Under the pieces are notes generated by a model. It did no database searches, had not been told where the DNA came from, and saw nothing but the letters and a program-made list of their open reading frames with translations. The position numbers were made by a program, and so were the translations under genes. Positions 1 to 10,324 of a stretch of 64,000 nucleotides of DNA are shown piece after piece. The stretch is from Gammaproteobacteria bacterium. GTDB taxonomy: Bacteria > Pseudomonadota > Gammaproteobacteria > Ga0077536. The first letter of the stretch is position 1. Each line of letters begins with the position of its first letter. Where the stretch lies: the NCBI GenBank assembly GCA_963662545.2, contig CAXXLL010000003.1:2560001-2624000 (forward strand). The letters are read 5' to 3'.

Positions 1-433
1 CGGTGCTCGCCGACAGGCCCTTCGCCTGCGGCCCCAACAAAACTTCCAGCGCAGCGCCCATTTCGCCACTGGAAACGCCCTTCAAATACAGCCACGGCAC
101 GGCCGCCTCCAAGGTTCTTGTCTTGCGCACATACGGCGGCACCAGCGCTGAACGGAAGGTCACCGGCTCGCCGAGCTTCGAACGAACCTTCGGGATCCTC
201 ACCGTCACCGGCCCCAAGCCCGTCTGCAACTGGCGTTCCGGCAAATAGCCGTTGCGAACCACACCTGCTTTGTCGTCCGCCGTGCGATGTCCTGAATACT
301 GCGCCATATATTCTGCCAGCTCGATTTCAACCGCTCGTTCAATCAGAGCCCGAGCTCCGTTTCTCAAAACCTCCGTCAACGGCTCTGGTATTCCTTCTCG
401 ACCTGATAATTCAACAACCTTACTCTCTCTCAT
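1..433 (-). CDS. IS256-family (Mutator-type) transposase, N-terminal part
   Basis: Not in the ORF track because it runs off the edge. Manual translation from ATG 433: MRESKVVELSGREGIPEPLTEVLRNGARALIERAVEIEL...VVRNGYLPERQLQTGLGPVTVRIPKVR...VPPYVRKTRTLEAAVPWLYLKGVSSGEM, with IS256 RNGY..R / G.V.V.IP.VR / LYLKGVS motifs. Confidence 0.92.
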   Translation of the reverse strand, partial: MRESKVVELSGREGIPEPLTEVLRNGARALIERAVEIELAEYMAQYSGHRTADDKAGVVRNGYLPERQLQTGLGPVTVRIPKVRSKLGEPVTFRSALVPPYVRKTRTLEAAVPWLYLKGVSSGEMGAALEVLLGPQAKGLSAST

Positions 434-496
434 GGTGGCGTATCCTCTTTGGTTGGCTTGCTGCTTGGTAACAACATTTCAACCAGATACGCCGCC
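434..496 (-). promoter_or_regulatory. Inverted repeat in the IS leader, directly upstream of the transposase start
   Basis: GGTGGCGTATC (434-444) is a near-perfect inverted copy of GATACGCCGCC (486-496). A hairpin here could hide the RBS in read-through transcripts (inference). Confidence 0.55.
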
Positions 497-536
497 TTTA
501 TTCAATTCGCTCAAACACCAGATTCAGTTATAACTC

Positions 537-3500
537 TCGCAACCGACCGCCAAGGTCTACGCCGCGCTCGAGCGCAAGCTCGAGGCCCGCATCGTCGAGC
601 TTGCCGAGGAACGGGCGTACCAGGCGGCGATCAGCGATGTGCTGCGCGTGATCAGTGAATCGCGAACCGACCTGCAGCCGGTATTCGACGTGATTGCCGA
701 GCGTGCGACTACGCTATGTAGTGCGGATATCGGTGTGCTTGTTCGATTCGACGGCCATGTCATGGAAGTAGGGGCAATTTACGGCCTTTCCATGGGGGAC
801 GAGCAAGCTGGGCGTGCCCTCTTTCCGATGAAACCGCGGCGGGACATCGTCAGCGGTCGGTCGATCATCGATCGTGTAGCCGTTCACGTCGCAGATCTCG
901 ACGACGACACTGACTTTACTGCGCTCAACCCGATCAGAAAGGCAGCCCTGCGCAGCGCGCTGGCCGTGCCAATGCTGAAGGAAGGTCAGTGCCTGGGCGC
1001 GCTCGTAGCCATGCGCCACGCGCCAGGACTGTTCCCGGAAAAGCTCATTACCCTGTTTCAAACCTTCGCCGACCAGGCCGTGATCGCGATCGAAAACGTA
1101 CGCCTGTTCAACGAGACCCAGGAGGCAGTGGAGCAGCAGACCGCAATCAGCGACGTGCTGCGCGTGATCTCGGAATCGCCAAGCGACGTGCAGCCGGTGT
1201 TCGACGCGGTAACCCAGCGCGCGATGGCCTTATGCGACGCGCGCATCGGCGTCGCAACGCGCTTCGACGGCCAACGCATGCATCTGGCGTCTTTACACGG
1301 CGTATCGCAGGACACATTCGACGCGACGCAAGTCGCTTTCCCGATGCCTCCCGCCCGTAACTCTCTCAACGGGCGGGCGGTCCTCGAATGCGCCACAGTG
1401 CAGATCCCGGACATGCCCGCCGACCCGGAATACACCATGTTCGCGGCGCAGGAAACGGGCAGCGGTCTTGCCGTGCCGCTGATGCGCGAAGGCCGGGTGG
1501 TCGGCACGCTCATGGTCGCGCGGAAAGAGACGGGTTTTTTCCCGGAGAAGCTTGTCAGCCTGCTCGAGACCTTCGCCGATCAGGCCGTGATCGCGATCGA
1601 GAACGTGCGGCTGTTCAACGAGACCCGCGACGCGCTGGAGCGGCAGACCGCGACCGCCGAGATCCTGCGCGTCATCAGCAGCTCGCCGACCGATGTGCAG
1701 CCGGTGTTCGAAGCGATCGCGGACCGCTCCATGGCGTTGTGTGACGCCCAGTGGGGCATGACCACACGCTTCGACGGCGAGCTGATACATGTAGGAGCGA
1801 TTCGTGGACCCGCTCCTGGGGTTGTCGAGACGGTACGCGCCGCTTTTCCGATGAAGCCCGGGCCAGACTTGATGGTTGCGCAGGCCATCCTCGACCGCGC
1901 GCCGGCGCAGACGGCCGACATGCTCGCGACCCCCGATTACAACGATGCGATTCGAGACGCTCTCCGGCGCGATGCCCAATACCACAGCGCCCTCGCAGTG
2001 CCCATGCTGCGTGAGGGCCAAGTCATCGGCTCAATCGGGGTGGCCCGCACGAAGCCGGGTGTTTTTCCGGACAAGCTCGTCAGCCTGCTCGAGACCTTCG
2101 CCGCCCAGGGCGTGATCGCGATCGAGAACGTGCGGCTGTTCAACGAGACTCAGGAGGCGCTGCAAAGGCAGACGGCAACGGCCGAGATCCTGCGCGTCAT
2201 CAGCAGTTCGCCGACCGATCTGCAACCGGTGTTCGAGACCATCGCGGATCGCGCGATGGCATTGTGTGGCGCCAGCGTGGGTCTCGTAACGCGGGTTGAT
2301 GGTGAGCAGGCACACCTGGTCGTGCTCAAGGGTGTGTCGGAAGAAGCCGCCGTGCCGATACGTGCAGCTTTCCCAATGCCGCTGGATCGAGGAAGTCTCA
2401 GCACGCGCGCCGTCCTCGAACGCGCGCCGGTGCAAATCAAAGATTTCCTCGCGGATCCGGACATCAGCGAGCCAGTGAAGGAAGCTGCCCGGCACGGCGC
2501 GCCGCGCAGTGGACTCGCAGTGCCGATGCTGCTGGAAGGCAAGGTTATCGGCACTATCCTGGTCAGTCGCCTTGATTCGGGCCTGTTTCCCGACGAGCTG
2601 GTCGGTTTACTTGAAACCTTTGCGGCGCAGGCCGTGATCGCGATTGAGAACGCGCGTCTGTTCAACGAGACCGAGGAGGCGCTCGAGCAGCAGACCGCAA
2701 TCAGCGACATTCTCCGCGTGATCGCCGAGTCGCCGACCGACGTGCAGCCGGTGCTCGAAGCGATAGCCGATCATGCTGCGCGCCTGTGCGACGCGGCGTC
2801 GGCATCAATTTTCCTGAGCGGGGATGACAGGCTGCGGCATGTGGCGTCGCGCGCCTCGATTGCCGGACCGTCCATGTTGATGACATGCAGGCCGAGGCCG
2901 AGGAGTTTCCGCTCGGCTTCGAATTTGCGCAACGCCTGGGTTTTCGCACGATCGTGGTCGCGCCGCTGCTCCGCGAGGGTCAGTCGTTCGGCACCATCCA
3001 GCTGCGCCGCCAGGAAGTACGGCCGTTCAGTGCACGCGAACGGGCGCTGCTGCGTACCTTTGGTGACCAGGCGGCGATTGCGCTCGAGAACGTGCGGCTG
3101 TTCAACGAAACCAAGGAAGCGCTCGAACAGCAAACCGCGACTGCGGAAGTGTTGCGCGTGATCAGCAGTTCCGTCGACGACACCGCGCCGGTATTCGAGA
3201 AAATTCTCGACAGTTGCGAGCATTTGTTCGCTACGGAAGAGCTGGGCATTTTTTTCGTCAACGACGGGCAAGTACACGTGGGCGCGTATCGCGGCGAGGC
3301 GCTCGAAGCGGTCACCCGCACGTTCCCGAAGCCGCTCGACGAGACGGCCACCGGAGTGGCAATACGCAAGCGCAATACCGTGAATTATCGAAGCGTACGC
3401 AACGATGTCGACGTTCCTCCTACGTTGATTGCCATAGCAGATCACATAGGAGACTTCTCGATCGCGATTGCGCCGATGCTATGGGAAGACCAGGCGATCG

Positions 3501-4852
3501 GTTCGATTCTGACGGTGCGTATCCCGCCCAACCCGTTCACAGACAAGGAAATCGCCCTGTTAACGACTTTCGCCGACCAGGCCGTGATAGCGATCCAGAA
3601 CGCACGCCTGTTCAACGAAACCAAGGAAGCGCTCGAACAACAGACCGCGACCGCCGAAGTGCTGCGCGTGATCAGTGGTTCCGTAGCGGACACCGAGCCG
3701 GTGTTCGAGAAAATTCTCGACAGTTGTGAGCGACTGTTCGATACAGAGCAACTTGGGATCTTGCTCGTGCGTGACGAACAAATACACGTAGGTGCACTGC
3801 GTGGCCCGGACGTAGCGCCCGTGAGTAAGCTGTTCCCGGTGCCTTTCGATGGATCGGCCTTGGCACTGGCGATACGCATGCTCCATATCGTGCACTATCC
3901 CGACGTCAGTGCCGTCGTCGACCTGCCGTCCGGCTTGCGCAACCTTTATGATCAAATCGGAAACTTTTCGTTTATGTTGGCGCCCATGCTGTGGGAAGGC
4001 CGGGGCGTCGGGTCAATTAATCTTATTCGTCAGCCGCCCAAACCATTCTCGGAGAAGGAAATCGAGCTATTGACAACCTTCGCCGATCAGGCCGTGATAG
4101 CTATTGAGAACGCGCGCCTGTTCCACGAGATCGAGAACAAGAGCCACCAGCTCGAGATCGCGAATCAGCACAAGTCGGAATTTCTCGCCAACATGTCGCA
4201 CGAACTGCGCACGCCTCTGAACGCGATCATCGGCTTCTCGGAAGTGCTGATCGAACGCATGTTCGGCGAGCTGAACGAAAAGCAGGACGATTACCTGAAG
4301 GACATCTACACCTCCGGTAAGCATTTGCTGGCGCTGATCAATGACATTCTCGATCTGTCCAAGATCGAAGCCGGGCGCATGGAACTCGAGCTCGAGACCT
4401 TCGACGTCGAAGAGGCGCTCGCGAACACCTTGATCCTGATCCGTGAGCGCGCGCAGCGACATGGAATTAGCTTGAAACTCAATAACGCTCCAGACCTTGG
4501 CGAAATCCGTGCCGACCAGCGCAAATTGAAACAGATCATGTTGAACCTGCTCTCCAACGCGGTGAAGTTCACCCCTGACGGCGGGCGCATCGAGGTGGGT
4601 GCGGCGTTCACGGGCGACGTACTCGAGATCTCGGTCGGCGACACCGGCATCGGGATTGCCGAGTCCGATCAGGAAACGATATTCCAGGAGTTCCGTCAGG
4701 TCGGCGGCGACTACACCAACAAACAGGAAGGCACCGGTCTCGGTCTCGCGTTGACCAAGCGCTTTATCGAGTTGCACGGTGGCACGCTTGGGGTCGTCAG
4801 CAAACCCGGGAGCGGCTCGACCTTCACGTTCACCTTGCCGAGGCAGTCATGA
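537..4852 (+). pseudogene. Seven-GAF sensor histidine kinase (GAFx7-HisKA-HATPase), IS-interrupted at the 5' end and frameshifted at ~2850-2870
   Basis: ORFs 639..3161 and 2885..4852 carry seven repeats ending FADQAVIAIENxRLF, an H-box NMSHELRTPLN, N-box NLLSNAVKFT and DTGIGI / GTGLGL boxes. The frame is open back to 537 (SQPTAKVYAALERKLEAR...). Confidence 0.85.
1064..4128 (+). repeat. Seven dispersed copies (~500 bp apart) of the GAF C-terminal helix coding motif
   Basis: ttcgccga(c/t)caggccgtgatcgcgatcgagaacgtgcggctgttcaacga-like sequence near 1064, 1571, 2096, 2618, 3058, 3568 and 4078. Confidence 0.85.
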
Positions 4853-5223
4853 GCCGGATTCTGATCGTCGAAGACAACGCCATGAACATGAAGCTCGCGC
4901 GCGACATTCTCGAGGCCAAGGGCTACGGCACGCTGACGGCGACCACCGGTGAAGACGGTGTACGCCTGGCCGTGGAGCAGCTGCCGGATCTGGTGTTGCT
5001 GGATATCCAGTTGCCGGGCATCGATGGCATCGAAGCCTTCAAGCAACTGCGCGCGGACGCGCGCACCGCGGCGATCCCGGTAGTCGCGTTCACGGCCTCG
5101 GTGACGTCTAGCGATCGCAGTCGTGTCGCGGAGGCGGGATTCGATGCGTTCGTGAGCAAGCCGATTGATCTCAAGACCTTCGTCATTGCAATTCAAGACT
5201 TAATCGAACCTGGCGGGCCATGA
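4849..5223 (+). CDS. Single-domain response regulator (DivK/CheY-like)
   Basis: ILIVEDN, LVLLDIQLPGIDG, FTAS and FVSKP receiver motifs; ATGA overlap with the kinase. Confidence 0.92.
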   Translation: MSRILIVEDNAMNMKLARDILEAKGYGTLTATTGEDGVRLAVEQLPDLVLLDIQLPGIDGIEAFKQLRADARTAAIPVVAFTASVTSSDRSRVAEAGFDAFVSKPIDLKTFVIAIQDLIEPGGP

Positions 5224-6344
5224 GCGCCGCACCACCCGCAAAAATCCTGGTCGTCGACGACACGCCGGCCAACGTCAAGCTGCTGGTCGATGTGTTGACC
5301 GTGACCGGCTACGCCGCCACGGCTGCGACCAACGGCGAGGAGGCCTTGGCGCAGATCGCGAGCGAGCCGCCGGATCTCGTGCTGCTCGATATCATGATGC
5401 CGGGTCTGTCCGGCTACGAAGTATGCGAGCGTCTGCGTGCCGACCCGGACACGGCCCTGCTGCCGGTGGTGTTGTGCACGTCACTCGATCCGCAGCAGGA
5501 GCGCATCAAAGGCATCGAGGCGGGCGCTGATGACTTCGTCTCCAAGCCGATCAACCGGCCGGAATTACTGGCACGCGTAAAATCACTCTTGCGCATTAAG
5601 ACGTTGCAGGATGAAGTCAAATCGCAGGCGGCCGAGCTCGCACAATGGAACCAAACCCTCGAGGAGCGCGTGCAGGAGCAGGTGGACCAGTTGGAGCGGC
5701 TCTCGCGTCTGAAAGGGTTTTTCTCGCCGCAGCTCGCCGAGGCCATCGTTGCCGGCGGCGAGGATCTGCTCAAAACGCACCGGCGCGAGGTCAGCGTGGT
5801 GTTTCTCGACCTGCGCGGTTTCACCGCCTTCACGGACCGTGCCGAGCCCGAAGAGGTGATGGAGTTGCTGCATACCTACCACGCGCAAATGGGCGCCATC
5901 GTGCTTGCGCACGGCGGCACGCTGGAGCGCTTTGCGGGCGATTCGATCATGGTGTTCTTCAACGATCCGGTGCCGGTCGATCAACCGGCCGAGCGCGCCG
6001 TACTGATGGCACTCGAAATGCAGCAGGCGTTTCCGTCGCTCGGCGATCCATGGCGCAGGCGCGGCTTCGATCTGGGTTTGGGTTGCGGTATCGCGCAAGG
6101 CTATGCCACGCTCGGCGTGATAGGTTTCGAGGGACGGCGCGACTATGCGGCTATCGGCAACGTGACGAATCTCGCGGCGCGGCTGTGTGCCGAGGCCGAG
6201 GCCAGTCAGGTGCTGGTGGATCGAAAGATCATGGCGGAAATCGAGCCAATGGTCGCGGCCACCGCAGTAGGTCCATTGACACTGAAAGGTTTCGGCCAAC
6301 CGGTGCCAGCGTTCGAAGTCGAACGCTGGCTGCCCCCGGATTGA
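5220..6344 (+). CDS. Response regulator-class III adenylate/guanylate cyclase
   Basis: N-terminal REC (VVDD, LLDIMMPG, SKP); cyclase motifs VFLDLRGFT, FAGDS and GNVTNLAARL. Confidence 0.92.
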   Translation: MSAAPPAKILVVDDTPANVKLLVDVLTVTGYAATAATNGEEALAQIASEPPDLVLLDIMMPGLSGYEVCERLRADPDTALLPVVLCTSLDPQQERIKGIEAGADDFVSKPINRPELLARVKSLLRIKTLQDEVKSQAAELAQWNQTLEERVQEQVDQLERLSRLKGFFSPQLAEAIVAGGEDLLKTHRREVSVVFLDLRGFTAFTDRAEPEEVMELLHTYHAQMGAIVLAHGGTLERFAGDSIMVFFNDPVPVDQPAERAVLMALEMQQAFPSLGDPWRRRGFDLGLGCGIAQGYATLGVIGFEGRRDYAAIGNVTNLAARLCAEAEASQVLVDRKIMAEIEPMVAATAVGPLTLKGFGQPVPAFEVERWLPPD

Positions 6345-6359
6345 CGCATTGGCCGTGGC

Positions 6360-6648
6360 TCACGCGCTCAATTGCTCCCGTATGCCCATCGCGGAAATGA
6401 AGTCGTGGTTGTGGCCGACGTTGTGTTTGCGGCATTCGATGATCTTACCGCCGGAGAAGCGGTAATAACCGAGGACATTGAATTTCAGTGTTTTGCCCGC
6501 CGGTGCCACGCCGCAGAACTTACCTTTCTGTTCGCCGCTGAATGACAACCAAACGAAAACTAGATCGTCTTCGGCGATCATTTCTTCGATTTTGAACGTA
6601 AAACCGCCGGCCGGAAACGCCTTGTGAAAAGATTCGATAATGAAAATA
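6360..6648 (-). pseudogene. SnoaL-like ester cyclase, probably 5'-truncated
   Basis: AFP..F.FKIEEMIAEDDLV.V..SFSGEQKGKFCGVAPAGK...YRFSGGKIIE is the SnoaL pattern. The upstream part of the listed ORF (GCVKT) derives from an IS-like end. Confidence 0.65.
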
Positions 6649-6665
6649 GTTTTCACACAGCCTCG
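6649..6665. mobile_element. Isolated IS1182-family-like terminal inverted repeat
   Basis: GTTTTCACACAGCCTCG (reverse CGAGGCTGTGTGAAAAC) resembles IS1182-type ends as I recall them. No transposase is present. Confidence 0.5.
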
Positions 6666-6709
6666 CTCGATAGCCGCCTCGTCGCAGCAGTGCAACACTG
6701 CTAAACGTT

Positions 6710-6824
6710 ACGTCTGCGACTCCCTTAGAAGCGGACGTTCTATTGCTTTAAGCTTGTTACCCCAGGCGCACTATGGCCATTGGCCTTTAGCGAACATCCT
6801 AGTGGCCTTTAGCGAACATCCTAG
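6710..6824. repeat. Degenerate palindrome plus 22-bp tandem duplication
   Basis: ACGTCTGC-N13-GCGGACGT at 6710-6738; TGGCCTTTAGCGAACATCCTAG x2 at 6781-6802 and 6803-6824. Confidence 0.8.
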
Positions 6825-6865
6825 TCAGCATCGCAAAAGATCCTGCGCTAAGGCGGTCCTTCGAC

Positions 6866-7837
6866 TCAGGCCAGAACCTCGCGGACTCGCGCCATCAGCG
6901 CGCCGCGCTCCGCCCTCGCCGCGAGCGCCGCATCCATGTCCACCTCTACGAAGCGCGTCGGCAGGTTCGGCTGCATCTGGCCGATGAGATCCATGTCGGC
7001 CGAGATCACCGCGCCGATCTGAAAGTAGCCGCCGGCCGAGACCGCGTCGCGGTGGAGCACGATCGGCTCCGAGCCGCCCGGGATCTGAATTGATCCGTAA
7101 GCATAGCTGCTGTCCACGATGTTCGAGGGATCGGCGCCCGCGCCGAACGGTTGCTCGCGCTCGACGTACTCCATAGCTCGGCCGCCGCGGAAACGGTACC
7201 CCATGCGGTCGGCCTCGGGCGCGACCGTCCATTCGTCCTCGAAAAAGTGCCGGCCCGCCGCTTCGGTAATGCGATGCCAATAGAGCCCCGGTAGCGCGCC
7301 CGGCTCGGCCGGGTTGCCCGGCATGCGCCGCAATGATTCCGGCACCTTGCGACCGGCTTTGCCTGCACCGGCCATCCCGAAAGGCAGGCGATCGTCCGCC
7401 TGGATGGCGCGGCCCTCGAAACCGCCCATCGCGCCAACGAGATAGGTCGAGCGGCTGCCGAGCACGATCGGGACGTCGATGCCGCCCGCGACCGCGATGT
7501 AGATGCGTGCCCCCGCTTTGAGATAACCGAAGCTCAAGACCTGCCCCGCGCGGACTTCGAGCGTGGTCCAAGCCGGCTGTTCTTCGCCGTCCAATAGGAT
7601 GGGCATGTCGGCGCCCGTGATCGCGATCCGGGTATGGCGCTCGATCTCGAGCTCGGGCCCGAGGAACACGGCTTCGAGGCCCGCGGCGCTCTCCTCGTTG
7701 CCAACCAACAGGTTCGCCGCGCGAAAAGCGAGGCGATCCATCGCGCCGCCGATGGGGATGCCAAGATGAAAATGGCCGGGGCGGCCGAGGTCTTGCACGG
7801 TCGTTGCGAGCCCGGGCTTCAATACCTTAACCGTCAT
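6866..7837 (-). CDS. Biotin-dependent carboxyltransferase family protein (KipA/PxpC, allophanate hydrolase subunit 2-like)
   Basis: Start MTVKVLKPGLATTVQDLGRPG; G.P.GGAMD, LGSRSTY, DRMGYR and GSIQIP...D....GGY motifs. Confidence 0.88.
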   Translation of the reverse strand: MTVKVLKPGLATTVQDLGRPGHFHLGIPIGGAMDRLAFRAANLLVGNEESAAGLEAVFLGPELEIERHTRIAITGADMPILLDGEEQPAWTTLEVRAGQVLSFGYLKAGARIYIAVAGGIDVPIVLGSRSTYLVGAMGGFEGRAIQADDRLPFGMAGAGKAGRKVPESLRRMPGNPAEPGALPGLYWHRITEAAGRHFFEDEWTVAPEADRMGYRFRGGRAMEYVEREQPFGAGADPSNIVDSSYAYGSIQIPGGSEPIVLHRDAVSAGGYFQIGAVISADMDLIGQMQPNLPTRFVEVDMDAALAARAERGALMARVREVLA

Positions 7838-8702
7838 TGAGCACACCACTGAGCTTCGCGTTGTAGCCCTCGATATCGGCTTCGAATTCACGCAGGTCGA
7901 AGTGAACCTCGTGGATTCTCGGCGAAAAGGCGTTGCGCTCAACCGCCGCGAGATCTTCGTCGTATTCTTCGCTCGAGATCGGTTTGAACTTCACGATGTC
8001 ACCCGGCCGGCAGAACACCATCGAATCACGCAAGTAGCTCTCTGATTGGGAAGGGTCGAAGATCGGCATGGGCGTGATCCCGAACATCTGATAGCCGCCC
8101 GCGCCGCGTACCGCGTAGATGCAGGCGAAGCAGCCACCGTGGCCGATCGTGTGACGTGGCGTGTCGGTGCGCGGGCGTAAGTACTTCGGTACTTCGAGCT
8201 GGCGGGCGCGATCGACCAACTGGTAAAGCCAGGGACAGCCGCAGACGAAACCGACCTGTGACACGAACCACGGCGAACCGTGATGGGCCGCGATGAAAGC
8301 CTCGACCGATCCAAGGCCGTTGATGCGCGCCGCGTATTCGAGATCCGTCGCGCTCGGGTCCTGATGCCGTTCGCGAAAATGCATCATCGTCTCGTGGGTC
8401 CACGGGTCATCGTAGTACACCGGGATCTCGACGATGCGGGTATCGAGCACGGGCTCGCTCTGATCGGCCGCGCCATCGAGCGCCTGAATCTCGCGCATGA
8501 GGTCGTCCGGATGGATCTGGTCCGGATCGAACCTAACCTGATAAGACGCATTGCCCCCGTAGATCTCGGTCACGCCCCGGATAGCGCTTTCGCGGATCCC
8601 GCGCATCGCGGCCAGGCTCTTGAAGAACGCCTCGAACGACATTTCCTCGGCGCATTCGCAGTGCAGATGCTCGTCGCCGCCGAAGCTGAACCGGGTCTCC
8701 AT
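7827..8702 (-). CDS. Carboxyltransferase domain protein (KipI/PxpB, allophanate hydrolase subunit 1-like)
   Basis: VEIPVYYDD, VGF.CG.P, PKYLRPRTDTP, GAGGYQMFGITP and GDIVKF motifs. Confidence 0.85.
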   Translation of the reverse strand: METRFSFGGDEHLHCECAEEMSFEAFFKSLAAMRGIRESAIRGVTEIYGGNASYQVRFDPDQIHPDDLMREIQALDGAADQSEPVLDTRIVEIPVYYDDPWTHETMMHFRERHQDPSATDLEYAARINGLGSVEAFIAAHHGSPWFVSQVGFVCGCPWLYQLVDRARQLEVPKYLRPRTDTPRHTIGHGGCFACIYAVRGAGGYQMFGITPMPIFDPSQSESYLRDSMVFCRPGDIVKFKPISSEEYDEDLAAVERNAFSPRIHEVHFDLREFEADIEGYNAKLSGVLNDG

Positions 8703-8720
8703 TACGCTATCTAGTCAATA

Positions 8721-10085
8721 TCACACGTTAGTTTCAAAACGCCGCTCGAGCCAGGTTTCTAGAAACCGAGTGTTTACGCGACCCGCGGCGACGTCTAAAT
8801 CGTCCACGAGCAGCGCATGCAGGGGCACCGTGGTAGGAATGCCGGTGATCTCAAGCCCCGCGAGCGCGTCTTTTAGCGCCACGAGGCAGCTTTCGCGATC
8901 GGCGCTACGCACGATCAACTTGCCGAGCAGCGAATCGTAGAAAGGTGGTACGACATAGCCTTCGTAAAGCATCGTGTCGAAGCGGATACCCTCGCCTTCA
9001 GGGATCTTCAGGGATTCGATCGTGCCCGGACCGGGCATGAAATTCTTGGCCGGATCCTCGGCGTTGATGCGGCATTCGATCGCATGGCCATCAACGGTAA
9101 CGTCATCCTGCGTGATCGCGAGCGGCTCCCCGCCGGCGATCCGGATCATCGCCTGCACGAGATCGATGCCGGTGATCATCTCGGTCACCGGGTGTTCGAC
9201 TTGGATGCGGGTGTTGACCTCGATGAAATAGAACGACTGCGAGGCGCCATCATAGAGGAATTCAACCGTTCCGGCGCCACGGTAGCCGACCAGTTTCGCG
9301 AGTGCCACCGCGCTCGCGCACATCGCCTCACGCACCGCGGGCGCGAGGTCGAAAGCCGGCGCTTCCTCCCAGATTTTCTGACGCCGACGCTGCAGCGAGC
9401 ATTCGCGCTCGAAGCAATGGATGAAGCGCTGACCGTCACCGAGTACCTGCACTTCGATGTGCCGAGCCGGGTCGATCAACTTTTCGATGTAGAGTCCCCC
9501 GTCGCCAAATGCGGCGGCCGCCTCTGCAGATGCCTGCGGAAAAAAGCGCTCGAATTCATCGAAGTCCGCGGCCACGCGGATGCCGCGTCCGCCACCGCCC
9601 GCGACCGCCTTGATCATCACCGGAAAGCCGATGTCCTCGACGATACCGCGCGCCTCATCGATTTCCCCGACGCGCCCGTCGCTGCCCGGCACGGTCGGTA
9701 CGCCTGCTTTTGCCGCCGCCTGCCGCGCGGAGACTTTGTCACCCAGCAGCCGGATCGAATCACCGTCCGGGCCGACGAAGATCATCCCCGCCGCCGCAAC
9801 AGCGTCCGCGAAATCTGCGTTCTCGGCGAGAAAGCCATAGCCCGGGTGCACCGCGTCGACGCCGGTCGCGCGCGCGGCGCCGATCAAAGCCTCGATGTTC
9901 AGGTAGGACTTCGCTGCCGGCGGCGGACCGATCTCGACTGCTTCGTCGGCGAGCCGTACCGCGAGCGAGTCGGCGTCGGCCACGCTGTGTGCTTGCACCG
10001 ACCTGATGCCGAGCGCCCGGCAGGCATGGATCACGCGCACCGCAATCTCGCCGCGGTTTGCGATCAGGAGCGAACTGATGGTCAC
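8721..10085 (-). CDS. Biotin carboxylase (AccC-like)
   Basis: LIANRGEIAVR, HPGYGFLAEN, GGGGRG, ERECSLQRRRQK, EVNTRIQVEHPVTE, RINAED and YDSLLGKLI motifs. Confidence 0.95.
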   Translation of the reverse strand: MTISSLLIANRGEIAVRVIHACRALGIRSVQAHSVADADSLAVRLADEAVEIGPPPAAKSYLNIEALIGAARATGVDAVHPGYGFLAENADFADAVAAAGMIFVGPDGDSIRLLGDKVSARQAAAKAGVPTVPGSDGRVGEIDEARGIVEDIGFPVMIKAVAGGGGRGIRVAADFDEFERFFPQASAEAAAAFGDGGLYIEKLIDPARHIEVQVLGDGQRFIHCFERECSLQRRRQKIWEEAPAFDLAPAVREAMCASAVALAKLVGYRGAGTVEFLYDGASQSFYFIEVNTRIQVEHPVTEMITGIDLVQAMIRIAGGEPLAITQDDVTVDGHAIECRINAEDPAKNFMPGPGTIESLKIPEGEGIRFDTMLYEGYVVPPFYDSLLGKLIVRSADRESCLVALKDALAGLEITGIPTTVPLHALLVDDLDVAAGRVNTRFLETWLERRFETNV

Positions 10086-10324
10086 GTGTCGATCTCGGCG
10101 ATCGCCTGGCCGGCCATGATCGCCTCGCCATCCTCCACCAGAAAGGTGATCGCCCTGCCCTCTGCATCGGCCGTGACTTCCTGAAAATTCTTCATTACCT
10201 CGACGAGACCGATGACATCTGAAGCGCTCACCGGATCGCCATCTTGCTTGAACGGTGGGCTTTCAGGAGATGCCTTGCGGTAGAAGGTGCCCGGCAGGGG
10301 CGAAATTATCTGTGCTTTACTCAT
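10082..10324 (-). CDS. Biotin carboxyl carrier protein
   Basis: SPLPGTFYR and EVMK biotinylation motif; ATG 10324 follows a GGAG RBS. Confidence 0.92.
   Translation of the reverse strand: MSKAQIISPLPGTFYRKASPESPPFKQDGDPVSASDVIGLVEVMKNFQEVTADAEGRAITFLVEDGEAIMAGQAIAEIDT

Larger units (their letters stand above)
1..536 (-). mobile_element. IS256-family insertion sequence, left end (truncated by window edge)
   Basis: Terminus reads GAGTTATAACTGAATCTGGTG on the minus strand from 536. It is followed by an IS256-type leader and transposase start. Host kinase coding sequence resumes at 537. Confidence 0.88.

Noticed and set aside
3-533. Plus-strand ORFs 3..248, 118..471 and 252..533
   Set aside because: Antisense shadows of the minus-strand IS256 transposase.
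6781-6824. 22-bp direct repeats (and the 21-bp pair at 35899-35940) as mini-CRISPR
   Set aside because: Only two abutting copies with no spacer.
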